DNA from: the human T2T-CHM13v2.0 reference genome, Homo sapiens
Direction: 5' to 3' (one strand)
Assembly (NCBI RefSeq): GCF_009914755.1
Contig: NC_060946.1
DNA length: 64,000 nt
Shown: one piece after another, positions 39,268-55,529 of the stretch
Numbering within the stretch: the first letter of the stretch is position 1
Layout of the letters: each line of letters opens with the position of its first letter
The notes under the pieces: model-generated
The model's database searches: none
What the model saw: only the letters and a program-made list of their open reading frames with translations
What the model was told of the DNA's origin: nothing
Made by a program: the position numbers and the translations under genes

Positions 39268-39725
39268 GTGTCAGTTAGCTACTGCTGTGTAACAAAGCAC
39301 CCCTCAATTGTAGTGGTGTAAAATGGTAAGCATTTAGCTAGCTCATGAATCTGTGGCTCAGCTGAGGTTTGTGCCAATCTGGGCTGGGTTCCCTAATGTG
39401 TCTGTGGCCAGCTGCAGGGCAGCAGGGCTGCTCTATATCTGGGATTGGCTGGCTGTTGGCTGGGATGCTGGGAGGGACTGGGTCACCTGTCTCTCATCCT
39501 CCAGCAGGCCAGCGTGGGTTTGTTCTTATGGCAGCAGCAGGCTTCTACAAGACAGAGAAGTGTGCATGGCTACTTGAGTCACAGGTTTAGAACTGACACA
39601 ATGTTGTTTCTGCCACATTCTATTGATTAAAGTAAGTCACATGGCTAATGCAGATTCAAGGGATGGGGAAACAGATCTATCTCTTGATGGAGAAACTGCA
39701 AAGACAGATTGCAAAGGCTGTGATG
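39268..39725 (-). mobile_element. MLT1H-like MaLR LTR
   Basis: GTCAGTTAGCTACTGCTGTGTAACAAA...CTCTCATCCTCCAGCAGGC...TTCTGCCACATTCTATTG. Confidence 0.85.
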
Positions 39726-39832
39726 GGAGAAATGAAATATGCAGAAAAGTGGACCTTAAACGCAAGTGACTACCACATATGATTGATTACCTTACTAACA
39801 GGCCACGCTGAGGAACTGGATATTATTATAAG

Positions 39833-40076
39833 TCGGGACTCTGGAAACTTTTTTCTGTAGAGGATCAGATAATAAAGATTTCAAGCTTTATAGGTAATAT
39901 GGTCATATAGTCATAGACTCTGTTGCAGTGATTCAACTCTGTTATCTGTTGTCATGCATGAGCAGCCAGATGCAAATCACAAACAAATGAGTGTAGCTGT
40001 GTTCTAATAAAACTTTATTTACAAAAACAGGCAGCTGGCTGGATTTGATCCACAGGCCATAGTTTGCTGACTCCTG
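39833..40076 (-). mobile_element. MER58A nested in a minus-strand L2 (39790-40430)
   Basis: AATAAAACTTTATTTACAAAAACAGG...GGCCATAGTTTGCTGACTCCTG. Confidence 0.85.
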
Positions 40077-41666
40077 TTTTAAACGTATTGGGAAATTATT
40101 AAAAGGTTTTAGAAAGAGGAGTTCTGAGAGCAAATTTGAAAAATTATCCCAGGCTAGAGAATGGATTGGAGGGTGGAGACTATGGCAGAAGGATGGAGAG
40201 CCCTCAGAAGGCTGCTGTAGTGCCCAGGAAGGAGATGACAGTGGCCCTGGACAGATGGTAACAACAGATATGGGGGAAATTTGATACATTAAAAACGCAT
40301 GCAGAGGTGGAAATTAGAAGCTGCAGAAGGGTTGGATGTGGGTGACGCACAGTTGCAAAGCGGTGGGTGCAGGTGACTGGGTGCAGGATGATGTAATTTA
40401 CCCAGATAGTCAAGGCTTGAGCATGGGTGGGTAACCAGAAGATGGGACTGAGAATTCGTCTATGTGTCAGAAAAAGAGGGCGACAAATACTGGAGATTCA
40501 TAGCCGGGTGAATGAATGGCCAAATGTCACTGGTCCATGGTGGGGCCAATGATATTTCTGAGGTCAGATAGTGATTGGCAGTGAACCCCCAAGCTGGGAC
40601 TCAGTCTGCAAAGCTTGTTCCCCTGGAAAGCATGGTTGCTCTTCAGTTGCTATCTGTCACCCAACTCCTTAAAAGAAAAAATAAAAAAGGAGAAAAACCT
40701 CCTCGGAGGATTTGTAAGCAAGTGAGATGACTTGAGTGATAATTCGCCTCCACAAGGGCTGATGGGTATCTGGCTTAGCCCTGAATAGGGTCTTCAGTTT
40801 TTTGAAGCTTAAAAGAAAAAGAACTTTGAGCTCTGGGGCTTTAACATCACAAGGAAATAAAGTCCCTCACAGAATTAGAGGATCAGATAAGTTGAGACAA
40901 AAATAGAATTGCGCAAAGTAAAAATATCTATCGGAAATTTTTCCCCTTAACTGTTGGAAACAAGAAATAGCGGGTTGTGCTGGCAACTCTTATTCTGATG
41001 AATAGCGTCTGCCCGCTCATTCAGATTCCACGAGGCTCTTGATGAGAGAGAGGTGATTTGGGCGAATGAAGAGGAATGTCCAAAACACAATTGCTCCTCC
41101 CCAGCCTCCAGAATAGATGCTCACTGAATAACCATAGAAAAACCCCAGCTTCATGCAGAAGAGATTCTGACCATGCAGGGCTTGTCTGATAAACACTCAA
41201 AACAAAAGGAATGGCTTTGCTCCTTGGCTGCCAACTTCTTTCTAGCATTTTCCAGTCTTAGAAACAAAAAGTCTGTCTAAGATGGATAATGCATGCTGGC
41301 CTTTCATGCCCAAGTGCCGGCTTCTTTGCCGACAGCAGAAAGGAGGCATGGAGAAGCATACAGTCTGGGGTTAACAGACTGGGTTCAAATCCCACCTCTG
41401 TATGACCTTGAGCAAGAATCTGTGCCTCTCAAAGCCTCAGACTTCTCATCTGGACAATGGGGGTGATAATGGTAGGCACTCAGAAGGTTGCTGTGAGAAT
41501 TCAATGAGATGAGCAAGGACACAATGCAGACGCCAAATAAATGACCACCTTAATAATTCTTTTCCTCAGATCTAATAATCTGAAAAAAAGAAGATTGAAA
41601 GAATTGGGAAATAGCATGTACAAAGAACTTGTAATGTGGTAACCATTTCAAAAAACCCATTTCAGG

Positions 41667-44702
<3,036 letters not shown>

Positions 44703-44863
44703 GATGGCATAAGTTTCTCATATAAATATCCTATAAGATGAGTGTGTGTAAAGGAGAGAATGAGACAAAGATTTCCAGGTCCTGTCTAGGACTATAAACC
44801 AAAAACATAACAGGTAAAACCCAGCATATACCCAGTTGTTCAAACTCAAAATATCTTCCAGAT

Positions 44864-45075
44864 TAGGTGTCAGCAAATTAACAACCAAATCCAGCCTGCT
44901 GCACGTTTTTGTAAGTTTTTATTGGAACACAGCCACTCCCATTCATTTGCATGTTGTCCGTGGCTTTCAGGCTACAGCACTAGAGTTAAGTAGCTTTGAC
45001 CAAGACCCTCTGGCCTGAAAAGCTGAAAATATTTATGAACTGACCCTAATTTACAGATGGTTTTCTGGATACCTG
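44864..45075 (+). mobile_element. MER58A
   Basis: GTCAGCAAA...CCAAATCCAGCC...TTTTATTGGAACACAGCCAC...AAAATATTTA. Confidence 0.85.
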
Positions 45076-45365
45076 GTCTAGAGTAATAATGGTAATGATC
45101 CCACTACCTATCGAGGGCTTACTGGGTGCCGGGCACAGTGCAGAGCCTGTTAGATGCTCTCCCAGCAGTCCCAAGAAGCAGGCACTATTATTACTCCCCC
45201 TTAGGGATGTGGAAGCAGAGGTGCAGTGAGGTGAATAGGGATGGAGGCAGGAAGCCACACAAAGGCAAGATTTGCACCCAGTTCGAGTCTGGCTTTTCCA
45301 CTTACCCTTTTGCAGGAGGAAGACACAGATATAGGGTCTGGTCTCGATCACATGAAAAGGGCTAA

Positions 45366-45537
45366 ACTGTTATTCTCAGCTTTGCCACTCATTAGAATCA
45401 CCTAGGGAGCTTTAAAAACTAGGGTCCCCTCCTTTCCCACAACCAGAGAGTTTGACTTAATTGGTCTGGTCTGGAGTAAATATTTTTTACAGGTCCTCGG
45501 GTGATAGTAATATGAAGCAAAAGATGACCTCCACTGG
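45366..45537. mobile_element. MER5A-like hAT MITE
   Basis: CATTAGAATCACCTAGGGAGCTTTAAAAA...TGACTTAATTGGTCTGG. Confidence 0.75.
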
Positions 45538-46139
45538 GCTAAAGAGAGGAAACATAACTAGGGTCCCAAACCCCAGCATGATGGGGAGACCACTGAGCTC
45601 AGGACCTTTCTGCATGGGTACCATTGAGCGTTCACAGTCAGCCCTCTGATGGTGGCTGGTGTCATGGAGGTGGGGAAAGGATGCACCAGTCCTGAGTCAG
45701 GCCCCATAACATCTCCCTCCCCTGATGAAGTGGCCCCAAGGCACACAAGCCAGTCTTGTGTGGGGTAGGGTTAATTAGCATAAGGGTACCCCTAAAGGAT
45801 CGTAGGGAAAAAAAAATCACTGTTTTAGTTTTAGCCCAGCAGAATTCACCAACACGCTCTCCTATAGGGATCAAGAAACTCACTTCTCTTTGGAAACAAT
45901 GACATTAACAGAGAAGGTATACTAAATGCCCTCTGTCATTCTTGATCTTATTTAATCCTTGAAGCAACTCTATGATGGGGGTTCCGTTATTAGCCATGTT
46001 TTACAGATGAATAAACTGAGGCCCAGAGAAGGGAGGCAATGTGCCCAATTCTTCCTTTTGTAAACGACACCTCAGGGCTGGAACGTGGGTCTCCAGGCTC
46101 CCAGCCCCAGGAACATTCTTAGAGCGGGAGGTGTCTCTG

Positions 46140-46510
46140 AAATGCCTCACGCAGTGTCTCCTTGGCTCGGGAAGATCTTTGTTCTGGGAATGTGTGCTGA
46201 AAAATAATAGAACAGGGCGTTTCTTTCCCCCCTTTATCGAGGCCCTCAGTGTTCTCCGGAGAGAACTAAGTGATCAGGAAAAGGTTACTCTGCAGCAGGG
46301 CCCCCTCGCTGCCGTAGGTCTAATAAAACAAAACCCCAGCCAAATTAGGGGCATATTTCATCTAATGGGAGGAAATATATGTGGCATTTCTGCCTAGCGG
46401 TTGACCGGCCGCATTTATGCGCAGAGAGAGGGTTCAATACATCACAGGACGGTTAAGCGCCGCTTAAGTGGCCTCTCGGGCGGTGGGGGGGACGAGAAGA
46501 AAAATCTCAG
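46140..46510. promoter_or_regulatory. CpG-enriched repeat-free island, candidate enhancer
   Basis: Many CpGs; CTAATAAAA, CAAATTAG, CATTTATG; inverted repeat TTAAGCG-C-CGCTTAA 46453-46467. Confidence 0.5.
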
Positions 46511-47083
46511 GCCCTGGTCCCTGTCTTCTTGCATTTCCACTGCCTCACTCTGGCTCCAGCACTTCTAAGGAGTATCTCGAGGTTTGGGCTCAGCAGAAAG
46601 ACCCCGGGCAATTCCAAGACCTGGATTAGTTCCCCACTGAGCTGCTTACTAGTTCTGTGCCTTTGCATGGGCCACAGCTCTGCTCTGAGCCTCAGCTTCC
46701 TCATCTGTGAATGAAGAGGTTGAGGATGAGTGTCTTCAAACTGCACTCAGCAAGGATGTAGAATTTGAGGGGAGAGGGCTGATTTCTAAGACCACCTTGG
46801 GGAGCAAATAATACCTAAGAGTGGAAGCCTGTAATCTTCCATCCACTAGAATCCTGCTGCTTGTGTCTGTATAACTCAGGGGTGTCCAAACTACTTGAAC
46901 TCACACCGTAAAAAATACAAACATATGCACAGATACATACAAACATACATATATAAACAAATACACATGCTTATAAATTGTGACCATGCACTACTGTATT
47001 CATAGATTAAGTACCATATAAAACAGACACAAAGATGAAATTTTTAAAGGAAAAGTTAACTATATCCAGAAGTTCTATTAATA

Positions 47084-47376
<293 letters not shown>

Positions 47377-48599
47377 AAGTTCTATTAAAATTCTAACACC
47401 ACCTCCCACCCCTGGGACACTCAATCTCCTTTATCCTCCTCTACTGGTTTCTTTCCCATAGAACTATCACCTTCCAACATGTCATATAGCTTGTTATTTA
47501 TAACTTTTGCATTCCATGGGGCCATGAAATCAGGCTGGAGGGAAGGGAAGACCAAGTACTGAACCTCTACAACTGGAGGTTCCTCCTCTTAACCCGTGTA
47601 CTTCCCCAGAAGCGGGTCTCAAACAAGTTCCTGTAAAACTGGGAAACCAATTTGAGTGCATTAAGAGAATGTGCCGGGAGCCATTTGGGGAATAATCTGG
47701 AGACATTAACTCAGAAGTAGATTCTGTCCACAGCTGTATACGGGTAATTGCATTGATCTTACAAAAGGAGCTCTAGAGCTCTGGAGTATATATTTAACGA
47801 GACACAGAATGTGCTAGCCAGACCTATTAGGTGCAGTCACATCCACTGTCTTACTTAATCCTCACGGCTACTCGAGGAAGTGGGTCCTGTTAATATTCCC
47901 ATTTTAGAGAGGAGAAAACTGAGGCAAGTCACTAAGCCCAGCAGTCTGAATTCAAACCCATACCTGTCTGACTCCATGCCATTTCCCTGTTGCAACATCT
48001 CTCAGCTGACACACGCCAGACCCAGTGGCTGTGTTGGGAGCTGGCAGGGTCTGTGTGTGTGGGAGGCTGACATGTTATAGTCTGGGCTCCTGGGCTTGGG
48101 CGTTGGCTGGGGTCCAGGCTCTGTGTCAGCTGCAGCTGGAGGAGGAAGGGCCCACTGATTTAGGGCCCATCTGGATGGACAGCCGACAGGAACCGGGCTG
48201 CTCCAGACGCTTGGGGAGGGTGATAAGCATGGCCCCTGGGTGCCCCTGCATTCCTGGCCAGTGATGCTTCAGGGTAGGCGGCTGCGTGGAATGCCTCAGT
48301 AGGTTTTCCTCTCCCCACAGCCCTCCTTGCTGTCTGTGGCCTCCCAAGGACCCCAGGAATCAGCAGTGACCCTTTGCTCCAGAGAGCTCTGACCTCACGC
48401 CACCCAGGCTACAAAGGCTAAGGACCCAGAGGATGGGCTTGGGGGTGGGGGAGCTGCTCATCAGAGACAACCTGAGCTTGGGGATGTGGCCTCCTGCCGG
48501 AATATGGAACAACATCTCCGCACCCCTGCAGGAGACATTTCCTAGCCATGTTCTGCTTATTTCATGAAAGACAGGGCCACTCCCAACTTTATGCTGCTC

Positions 48600-49180
48600 T
48601 CTACGCTGCACAAAGTCTTTCTCAAACCCTTATCTGACTATATCCCTTCTGTGCCTACAGCCTTCCACGGCTCCCTGCTGCCCTCAAGTTAAGTCCAAAC
48701 CCTTTTCTCCTTTTGGCTGGAAGATCTGGCCCCTGTTGACCTCCATGCCTCCTTCCTCTATGACCTTCCAACCCCCACTCCTTTCAGGACCCCCTCCCCC
48801 ATGATCTTCAGTACTATAAAACCTCATTCTGGTCCTCCAACACTCCTGTGGTCTGTCCACCACTAGTCTTTTGCATGTGCTGATCCTACCACCTCCAATC
48901 CTGTTTCCTCTCACCTTCTTCTGATTAAGTCCCACCTATCCTCCGAGAAGTCTACGAGGCCCACATCCCACCCTCTGCTGGCTCTGGGGCCTCCTGGGGG
49001 CTTCCCTCAGCAGCCCTGATCACTCTGCGTCGAACTGTCAGTTTCCTCATCCATCTCCCCACTAGGCTGCGGGGAGGAGCATGGGACAGCGATGGTGCCT
49101 GCCTGCTTCTTCACTATTTCACCCTCAGTGCCTAGCATAGGGCCTGGCACACAGCGGGTGTCCAATAAATACCCTGTGGT
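48600..49180 (+). mobile_element. L2 fragment to the 3' end
   Basis: CCTTCCACGGCTCCC...AAGTCCAAAC...GTGCCTAGCATAGGGCCTGGCACACAG...CAATAAAT. Confidence 0.8.
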
Positions 49181-49269
49181 TGGCAATGGGTAGCACAGAC
49201 CTCATCTGTGGTGACAACTCCAGTTTGTAGCGCACCCCTGCCCCAGCGATAGAAGCAGCAGTAGCCATA

Positions 49270-49490
49270 GTAATCATCACTTATAGTGAGCTCTGGGGTG
49301 TGCTGGCATTTTTCTAAGCACTTTAAATAGTCACTACTTTCATTTCCACCCTATGAGGCAAGTACTATTATTAGTCCCAGTTTACAGATGAGGAAAGTAA
49401 AGCCCAGAGAGGTTAAGTGACTTGTCTAAGGTCACACAGCTGTCAAAATGCAGATACAGGCAGGCAGATTCCAGAGCCCCTGCTATCACC
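49270..49490 (-). mobile_element. MIR
   Basis: TTTTACAGATGAGGAAA...CAGAGAGGTTAAGTGACTTGTCTAAGGTCACACAGCT. Confidence 0.9.
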
Positions 49491-49834
49491 ACTCACAACA
49501 AGACCAAGGAGCTGGGACAAGCTCTTGGTAATGAAAAAACATGACACTGAGGCTAGACTGCAATGAACAAGCTAAGTATCAGGAAGCAGGCAGGGAATCT
49601 AACTCTGTGCCCAGCTTGGGTGGCTGCCAGAACATTAGGCTGGAGTGTGATTACTGATCACCAGCCACTGCCCCAGGCTGTGAGATCCCCCAGGGTCTAC
49701 CTGCCCTGTGAGTGCTTAGCTTATGGCCTGGGCACACTGGAGGAAGCTTGACTCCATCCTCAGTGGGAAAGCCGCATGGATAACAGGTAAAAGGTTGGAC
49801 TCTGGTTCAAACTCCAGCTTTGCCACCAACTGGC

Positions 49835-50229
49835 TATCTTTATCCGTTTTGTGCTGCTACAATGAAATACCCAAGACTGGGTAATTTATTAAGAAAAGAA
49901 ATATATTTCTCACACTTCTGGAGTCTGGGAAGTCCAGTAGCAAGGTGCCAGTATCTGGTGAGGGCCTTCATGCTGCATCATCCCACGGCAGAAGGTGGAC
50001 GGGTAAGAAAAGGTGAGACAGAGAAAGGGTTGAACTCATACTTTTTAAATCAAGTGCCCACACCCATGATAATTCCCATCACTCCTGTGATGTGATAACA
50101 ACATTAATTCGTTCATGAGGATTGAGTCCTCATGGCCTAGTCACCTCTTAATTGTCCCACCTCTTACCACTGTCACAATGGCAACTAAATTTCAACTTGA
50201 GTTTTGGAGAGGACATTCAAACCATAGCA
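49835..50229 (-). mobile_element. MST (MSTC/MSTD-like) MaLR solo LTR inserted in a MIR
   Basis: AGACTGGGTAATTTAT...CATTCAAACCATAGCA; perfect 5-bp TSD CTGGC 49830-49834/50230-50234. Confidence 0.92.
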
Positions 50230-51711
50230 CTGGCTGCGTGACCTTGAGCAAGTTACTTAACCTCTCTGAGCCCTCAGAGTCTTCCATTGTCAATGGGGAT
50301 ACTAAAAGTGTCCTAGTAGGGCTTGGGGGAGGATTAAATGGGTTAATCCTTATGTTAATCCAGAGTTCACCTTTTTGTGAGTGCTAGGAATGGCTAAGTT
50401 GCCTAATTTTTGTCCTCTGCCCTAACAAGGGCTGGTCATATCACATATTCTAATTACTCTCTGGGCAAACGGACTCCTATTGCTCCTAGGAAGACAAACA
50501 CATGGGCACATGGGTCTGCTGTCCCGTCTCGCTGTTTGGCCTTTTCCCAGTAGCTTGCCCTCTCTGGGTCACAGTTACCCTGACTCTACAAGAGAAGGGA
50601 GCCAATGCTCTCTGAGGGTCCTCCTAGCTCTGACCTGAACCCCTGACTGTCCCATCAGGACCACATGGTCTCTAAGGCAGTGAGGAGATGGTCTCTGTGG
50701 AGATGGCTCAGATCTGGGCCCTGAGCAGGAAGAGGGAGGCACCAGGAGCAGGGATTGGCAAGGGTCTCTTGTCTGTCAAGGTCTTGGGCGCTTTTGGTTT
50801 CAGCCGGCACCGAGCCAAGGCCAGGGGCAGACAGCCCAGGGCTCCAGCTGCCTCCTGCCTGCTGCCCTGTGTTTGGCTTTATGAGGCCTGTCCAGCTCCC
50901 TCTGGGGCTCATTAGCTGGGCAGCCAGCTGGGGCCCAGGCAGCTCTGTTCCCACCAGGTCCTGTGGGAAAGTGCCACTCAGCACCTTCTCCACCCCAGGA
51001 GGGACAGTGCCATTAAACCTGTCCTTCCCCAAGGGTAGGGGGTCAGGCAGGCCTGGGAGGGGCCCTGGGAAAGGCTGCATGTCCCCAGCCTGTTTCTTAT
51101 TCCTCTAACCTTTCTCCTGTCAGCTCTGCTTTTCTGGCAGCCTGAGACCGGGCATGGGGCCACACAGACCGGGGCTCATTCCTGGCTCTGCCACTGGCAA
51201 GCTGCAGCTCCCTAAACAAGTGCCGGCCCCTCTCTGAGCCCTAGGTCCCTCATCTGTAAAATGGGACCTATCCTGAAGGTTTGCCTGGAGGGTTGAAAAG
51301 AGATGACAGTGAAGGCGCATAGGTTTACATGGGGACTGGCATATTGAGTATACTGGAAAGAAGGCCCTTCTTCCTCCTCTGCTTCTTTTTGGCTTCTCTC
51401 TTGGTTCTTGCCTCATTATTCCAGGTCCTTACAACTACTGATCTTCCTTCCCTGGGAGCAGAGGGGTCAGCGTCTGCTTGCTTTGCCCTAGAAAAGTTCT
51501 CCTTCACCTTCCTCTGAATTTTTACTTCCCTTCTTATTTCTCTGTCTGTCTGTCTGTCTCTCCCTATCTCTCTCTCTCTCTCTCTCTCTCATTGTTTGTC
51601 AATCTCTTAACAATCTATCCAACATTGGTTTCATCCTCCTTTTCTTGGTATATTGGTGAATTCATAGCTTCTAGTTACTTAGGGAATTATTCCTTCTGTT
51701 ACAGCACCCCC

Positions 51712-51745
<34 letters not shown>
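51712..51745. repeat. (CG)4-(CA)n alternating purine-pyrimidine tract
   Basis: CGCGCGCGCACACACAC... Confidence 0.95.
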
Positions 51746-52564
51746 GAGACAGACACAATAATGTCTATCACCATGGGGCAGTTGGCCACTTACTTCCCGG
51801 GACCAACAGCCGGTCATCTGGGTGGGAGAAGGGACAGGGACTGTGCTTCTCACAAAAGCAAGACTTATGCTGTGCTCCCAGGGCTCCATGAACACTGCGT
51901 GTGAAGCTGATGTCATCAGCCATCAGACTCTGCCCGCTCCCCAAGGGTAGAAGTCACAGTGTGATTCCTGGGAGGGCATTGCTTCTTATCTATTACTTCA
52001 TTCATATATAAATAAGACATGTTTGCACTTCCAAGGTGCACCCCCGCCCCGAGGAAGAGGGATGCTGACGTGTAGTAGACGCCTTCCACTCCCTTGCAGA
52101 GTGGCTGGGGAGGACAAGACACAGGCACGCAGAGACGGAGCAGCTTTAGAGCTGGAAAGGAGGGAGGGGATCAGCAAAGGCTTCTGGGACAGGGGGTGCA
52201 AGCTGGGACATGAAGCCACCCCAAAGGAAAGAGGGGGGCAAACGTGGCAGCACAGGTAATGCCAGGGGGCAAGGTGGTGCACTGTGTGGCTATGGAGCAG
52301 TGTGACGACGGCTGCAGGGCAGGATGTAGCCACAGAGGGCCATGAGAGGGACAGAGCAGGTGTCAAGAAGTTATAGGGAGAGCCCAGGAAAGACAATTTG
52401 AGGCCGCTCTGGGGAAGACCTGGAAAGCCAGGTTAAGGTTCCCTCCTTTGCAAAAATGTTCCTCAATATCCTCCAAGTCACTTCACCCCTTCCAGATTCA
52501 TCGGTCTGTGTAAGTTCTGGTGCAGACGTTTCTTTGGTAAGATCATGCAGATAGTCACTCCAGC

Positions 52565-52881
52565 AAGCCGTTTTCCTCTGCAAACTAACGCGGGAACAGA
52601 AAACCAAACACAGCACGTTCTCACTCATAGGTGGGAGCTGAACAATGCAAATGCATGGACACAGGGAGGGGAACAATGCACTGGGGCCTGTCATGGGTGC
52701 AGAGAGGGAGACCATCACGAAAAATAGCTAATGCATGAGGGGCTTAATACTTAGGTGATGGGTTGATAGGTGCAGCAAACTACCATGACACATGTTTACC
52801 TATGTAACAAACCTGCACATCCTACACAGGTACCCCAGAACCTAAAATTAAAAAAAAAAAAAGGAAAGAAAATTTAAAAAA
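52565..52881 (+). mobile_element. Short 3' fragment of an older L1PA (L1PA10-like)
   Basis: AAAAATAGCTAATGCATG...GGCTTAATACTTAGGTGATGGGTTGATAGGTGCAGCAAAC; TSD AGATAGTCACTCCAGC/AGAAAGTCACTCTAGC. Confidence 0.9.
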
Positions 52882-52951
52882 AGAAAGTCACTCTAGCGAT
52901 TCAAGCCTCAATTACCCCACCGGCAAAATGAGAACACTAATAACAATAATA

Positions 52952-53380
52952 TGTATTAATATGAGTTCTCCAGGGAAACAGAGTAGATATGAAGAGATTT
53001 ATTGTAAAGAATTGGCTCCTGTGACTATGGAGGCTGGGAAGTCTCAGATCTCTAGTTGGCAAGCTGGAGACCAGGACAGTCAATGGTGTAGTTCCAGTCC
53101 AAGTCCAAATTCAAAGGCAGGAGAAAACTGATGTCCCAACTGGAAGACAGTGAGGCGGAGAGATATAATTCTTTCTTACTCAGCCTTTTATTCTATTCAA
53201 GGCTTCAGTGGATTGGATGAAGTCTACCCAGGGGACAGCAACCTGCTTTACCCAGTCCACCAATTTGAATGGTAATCTCACCCGGAAATACCCTCACAGA
53301 CACAGTGAGAGATACTGTTTCACCAAATATCTGGGCACTCTGTGGTCCAGTCAAGTTGACACATAAAATTAACCATTGCG
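52952..53380 (-). mobile_element. MLT2 (B/C-like) ERVL solo LTR
   Basis: Ends CAGTCAAGTTGACACATAAAATTAACCAT; 5-bp TSD TAATA 52947-52951/53381-53385. Confidence 0.92.
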
Positions 53381-53498
53381 TAATATGTACCAAGAAAATT
53401 ACACAGGACCGGGGAGATGAGCATTACATTCCTAGGACTCAGATGCTGAATGCTTCTGCTCTTTGTGCAGCACAGGGGCTTGGATAGGTCACAGAGGC

Positions 53499-53722
53499 CA
53501 AGGGTTGGCAAACAATGGCTCTCAGGTCAAACCTAGCCCAGTTCTTCTTTTTGTAAATAAAGTTTTATTGGGTCACAGCTGCACCCATTCATCTATGTAT
53601 TGTCTGTGACTGCTTTCACACTAAAACAACAGAGTTGAGTGGTTGCAACTGAGCCCACATGGGCTGCAATGCCTAAAATATTTACTATCCGGTTCTTTAG
53701 AGAAAAAGTTTGCCCATTGCTG
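53499..53722 (+). mobile_element. MER58A
   Basis: GGGTTGGCAAAC...TTTTGTAAATAAAGTTTTATTGG...CCTAAAATATTTACTATC...AAAAAGTTTGCC. Confidence 0.9.
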
Positions 53723-55529
53723 ACTTAGACACATGGTGCCTCAGTCTTCCCATCAGTAAAATGGATACAGCCATGGTACTTCCGTGTAGAGTTGTAGGAA
53801 GAACTTTTTGGGGCTGGTGAAGGGCCTGGCATGTAGTGTATGCTCAATAACTGGTGAGGTTGTGGTGGGATTGTGACTGTATTTTTGGGTGCTAGTGTGA
53901 CCACTAGTCACAGTGATCAGAAGAAACAATATGAAGGGTTGAGGTTTGCCTCCTGCTCTCCGAGAAAGGACCCTGCCAAGGAGGGTGAGGTGACCGGCCC
54001 CAGGCCCAGCTGGATCCTTTCCAATACATAAGAGTCATTCCTGGGCATCAGACATAAAAGGGTGACCGGGAAGTCAGGCCAAGCATCCATAATCGCCTGT
54101 AATTTGGACTCAGCCTCTTGAGGCAAAAGGATTTTGTCAAAGGCTTTTCACGGTCCAGTACCCCTGTAACCCAAGGTCACACGGATCGAGTCCTCTCTGA
54201 CACATATTTATTATCAGGTGGAAATGGCACTTGAGTTTCTCCCAAGCTGTGTGCAGATGCTGTCTCGGGCCACTGCCGATCTCCCCAGCCAGCAGCCTTG
54301 GCAGAAATGTCGCTGAGAGAGGAGCTGGCAGTGGGGAGGGGTTGTAAGTTAATGGCAATGGGAAATGCCTACTCTTGGGAAAGAGTAGGCAGGGGGCTGT
54401 CCCACATGGCAGCTGTGCAATTTACCTTCAGGCCAGGATTTAACCTGTGCCTCAGTTTCCCCATCTGTAAAACATAGACAATAAATGCCTATAAAATGCT
54501 TCACACTGTGCCTGGCCCATGGTGAGCTCCTGATGTCTTGCAGTTGCTACGCTTTATTTTTATTAACAACTCCTTCCTCACATCTGGACTCACAAGTGAA
54601 ACGACAGCACAGTGGGTAAGAGATTGGGCTCTGGGATCAGCCAGAACTCAGTTCCAATGCCTGATCGGATGCTTAGTAACTTGACCTTGAGCAATCAACC
54701 CAACCCGAGACTTGGTCTCACCTGCAGAACAAGTTAATATCAGTGTCACCCTCACTAGGAGGCGGAGAGTATTAAACAAGGCACAGGCTTCAAAGTGGCC
54801 ACCACACAGTGGGGAATCCAGAAATGTCCCTTTCCCAGGTCAAAGGAAACCAGGTTGTGTAATTCCAAAAGGAATTGAAGAGACTAAAATGGGCAAAACC
54901 CACAGAACAAGAATGTGCTCAGAAGGCACTAGCTTTCCCAAAGAAAGAGAGATGCTTTCTGCACTGTCTCTGAGGGGGCTGCTACGAGTCATGGTAAGTC
55001 CACATCTCAGAGGAAACCCAGGTGGTATTGCAGAGCAGTGAATGGCCTGGGCTCTAAGCTCAATGGATTTGAGTTCTAATCCTGTCTGGGAGAAACAAAG
55101 CAAATTGCTTCTCTTTCTGAGAATCTGTTTCACCTTCCACTTGTTTATTCCTTATTTAACCCAATGTTTTCTTAAAGGTCTACTGTGTACCAGGAACCAC
55201 CCTAGCTACTGGAAATATAGCAGGGAACAAGATGGACAAAGTCTCTGCCCACTTAATGTGTGCGTCAGAAAACAAACAAGTAAATGAATAAATACTGTGA
55301 TAATATGACAATGTTAAGGAAAGAAAAAGCAGAGTAAGGGGATTGAAAGGGAAAGAGGTGCTGTTTTAGATTCGGTGGTCAGGGGAGATCTCTTTGCAGA
55401 AGTAGCAATTGAGAAAAACAGGGATAGTAACAGTACTAACTTCAGGATGTTGTCAGACTTTAACGGGTAAGTAGATAAACCTCTTACCACATTGCCTAGC
55501 GCATACTAGGCACTACGTGCCTATATAGG

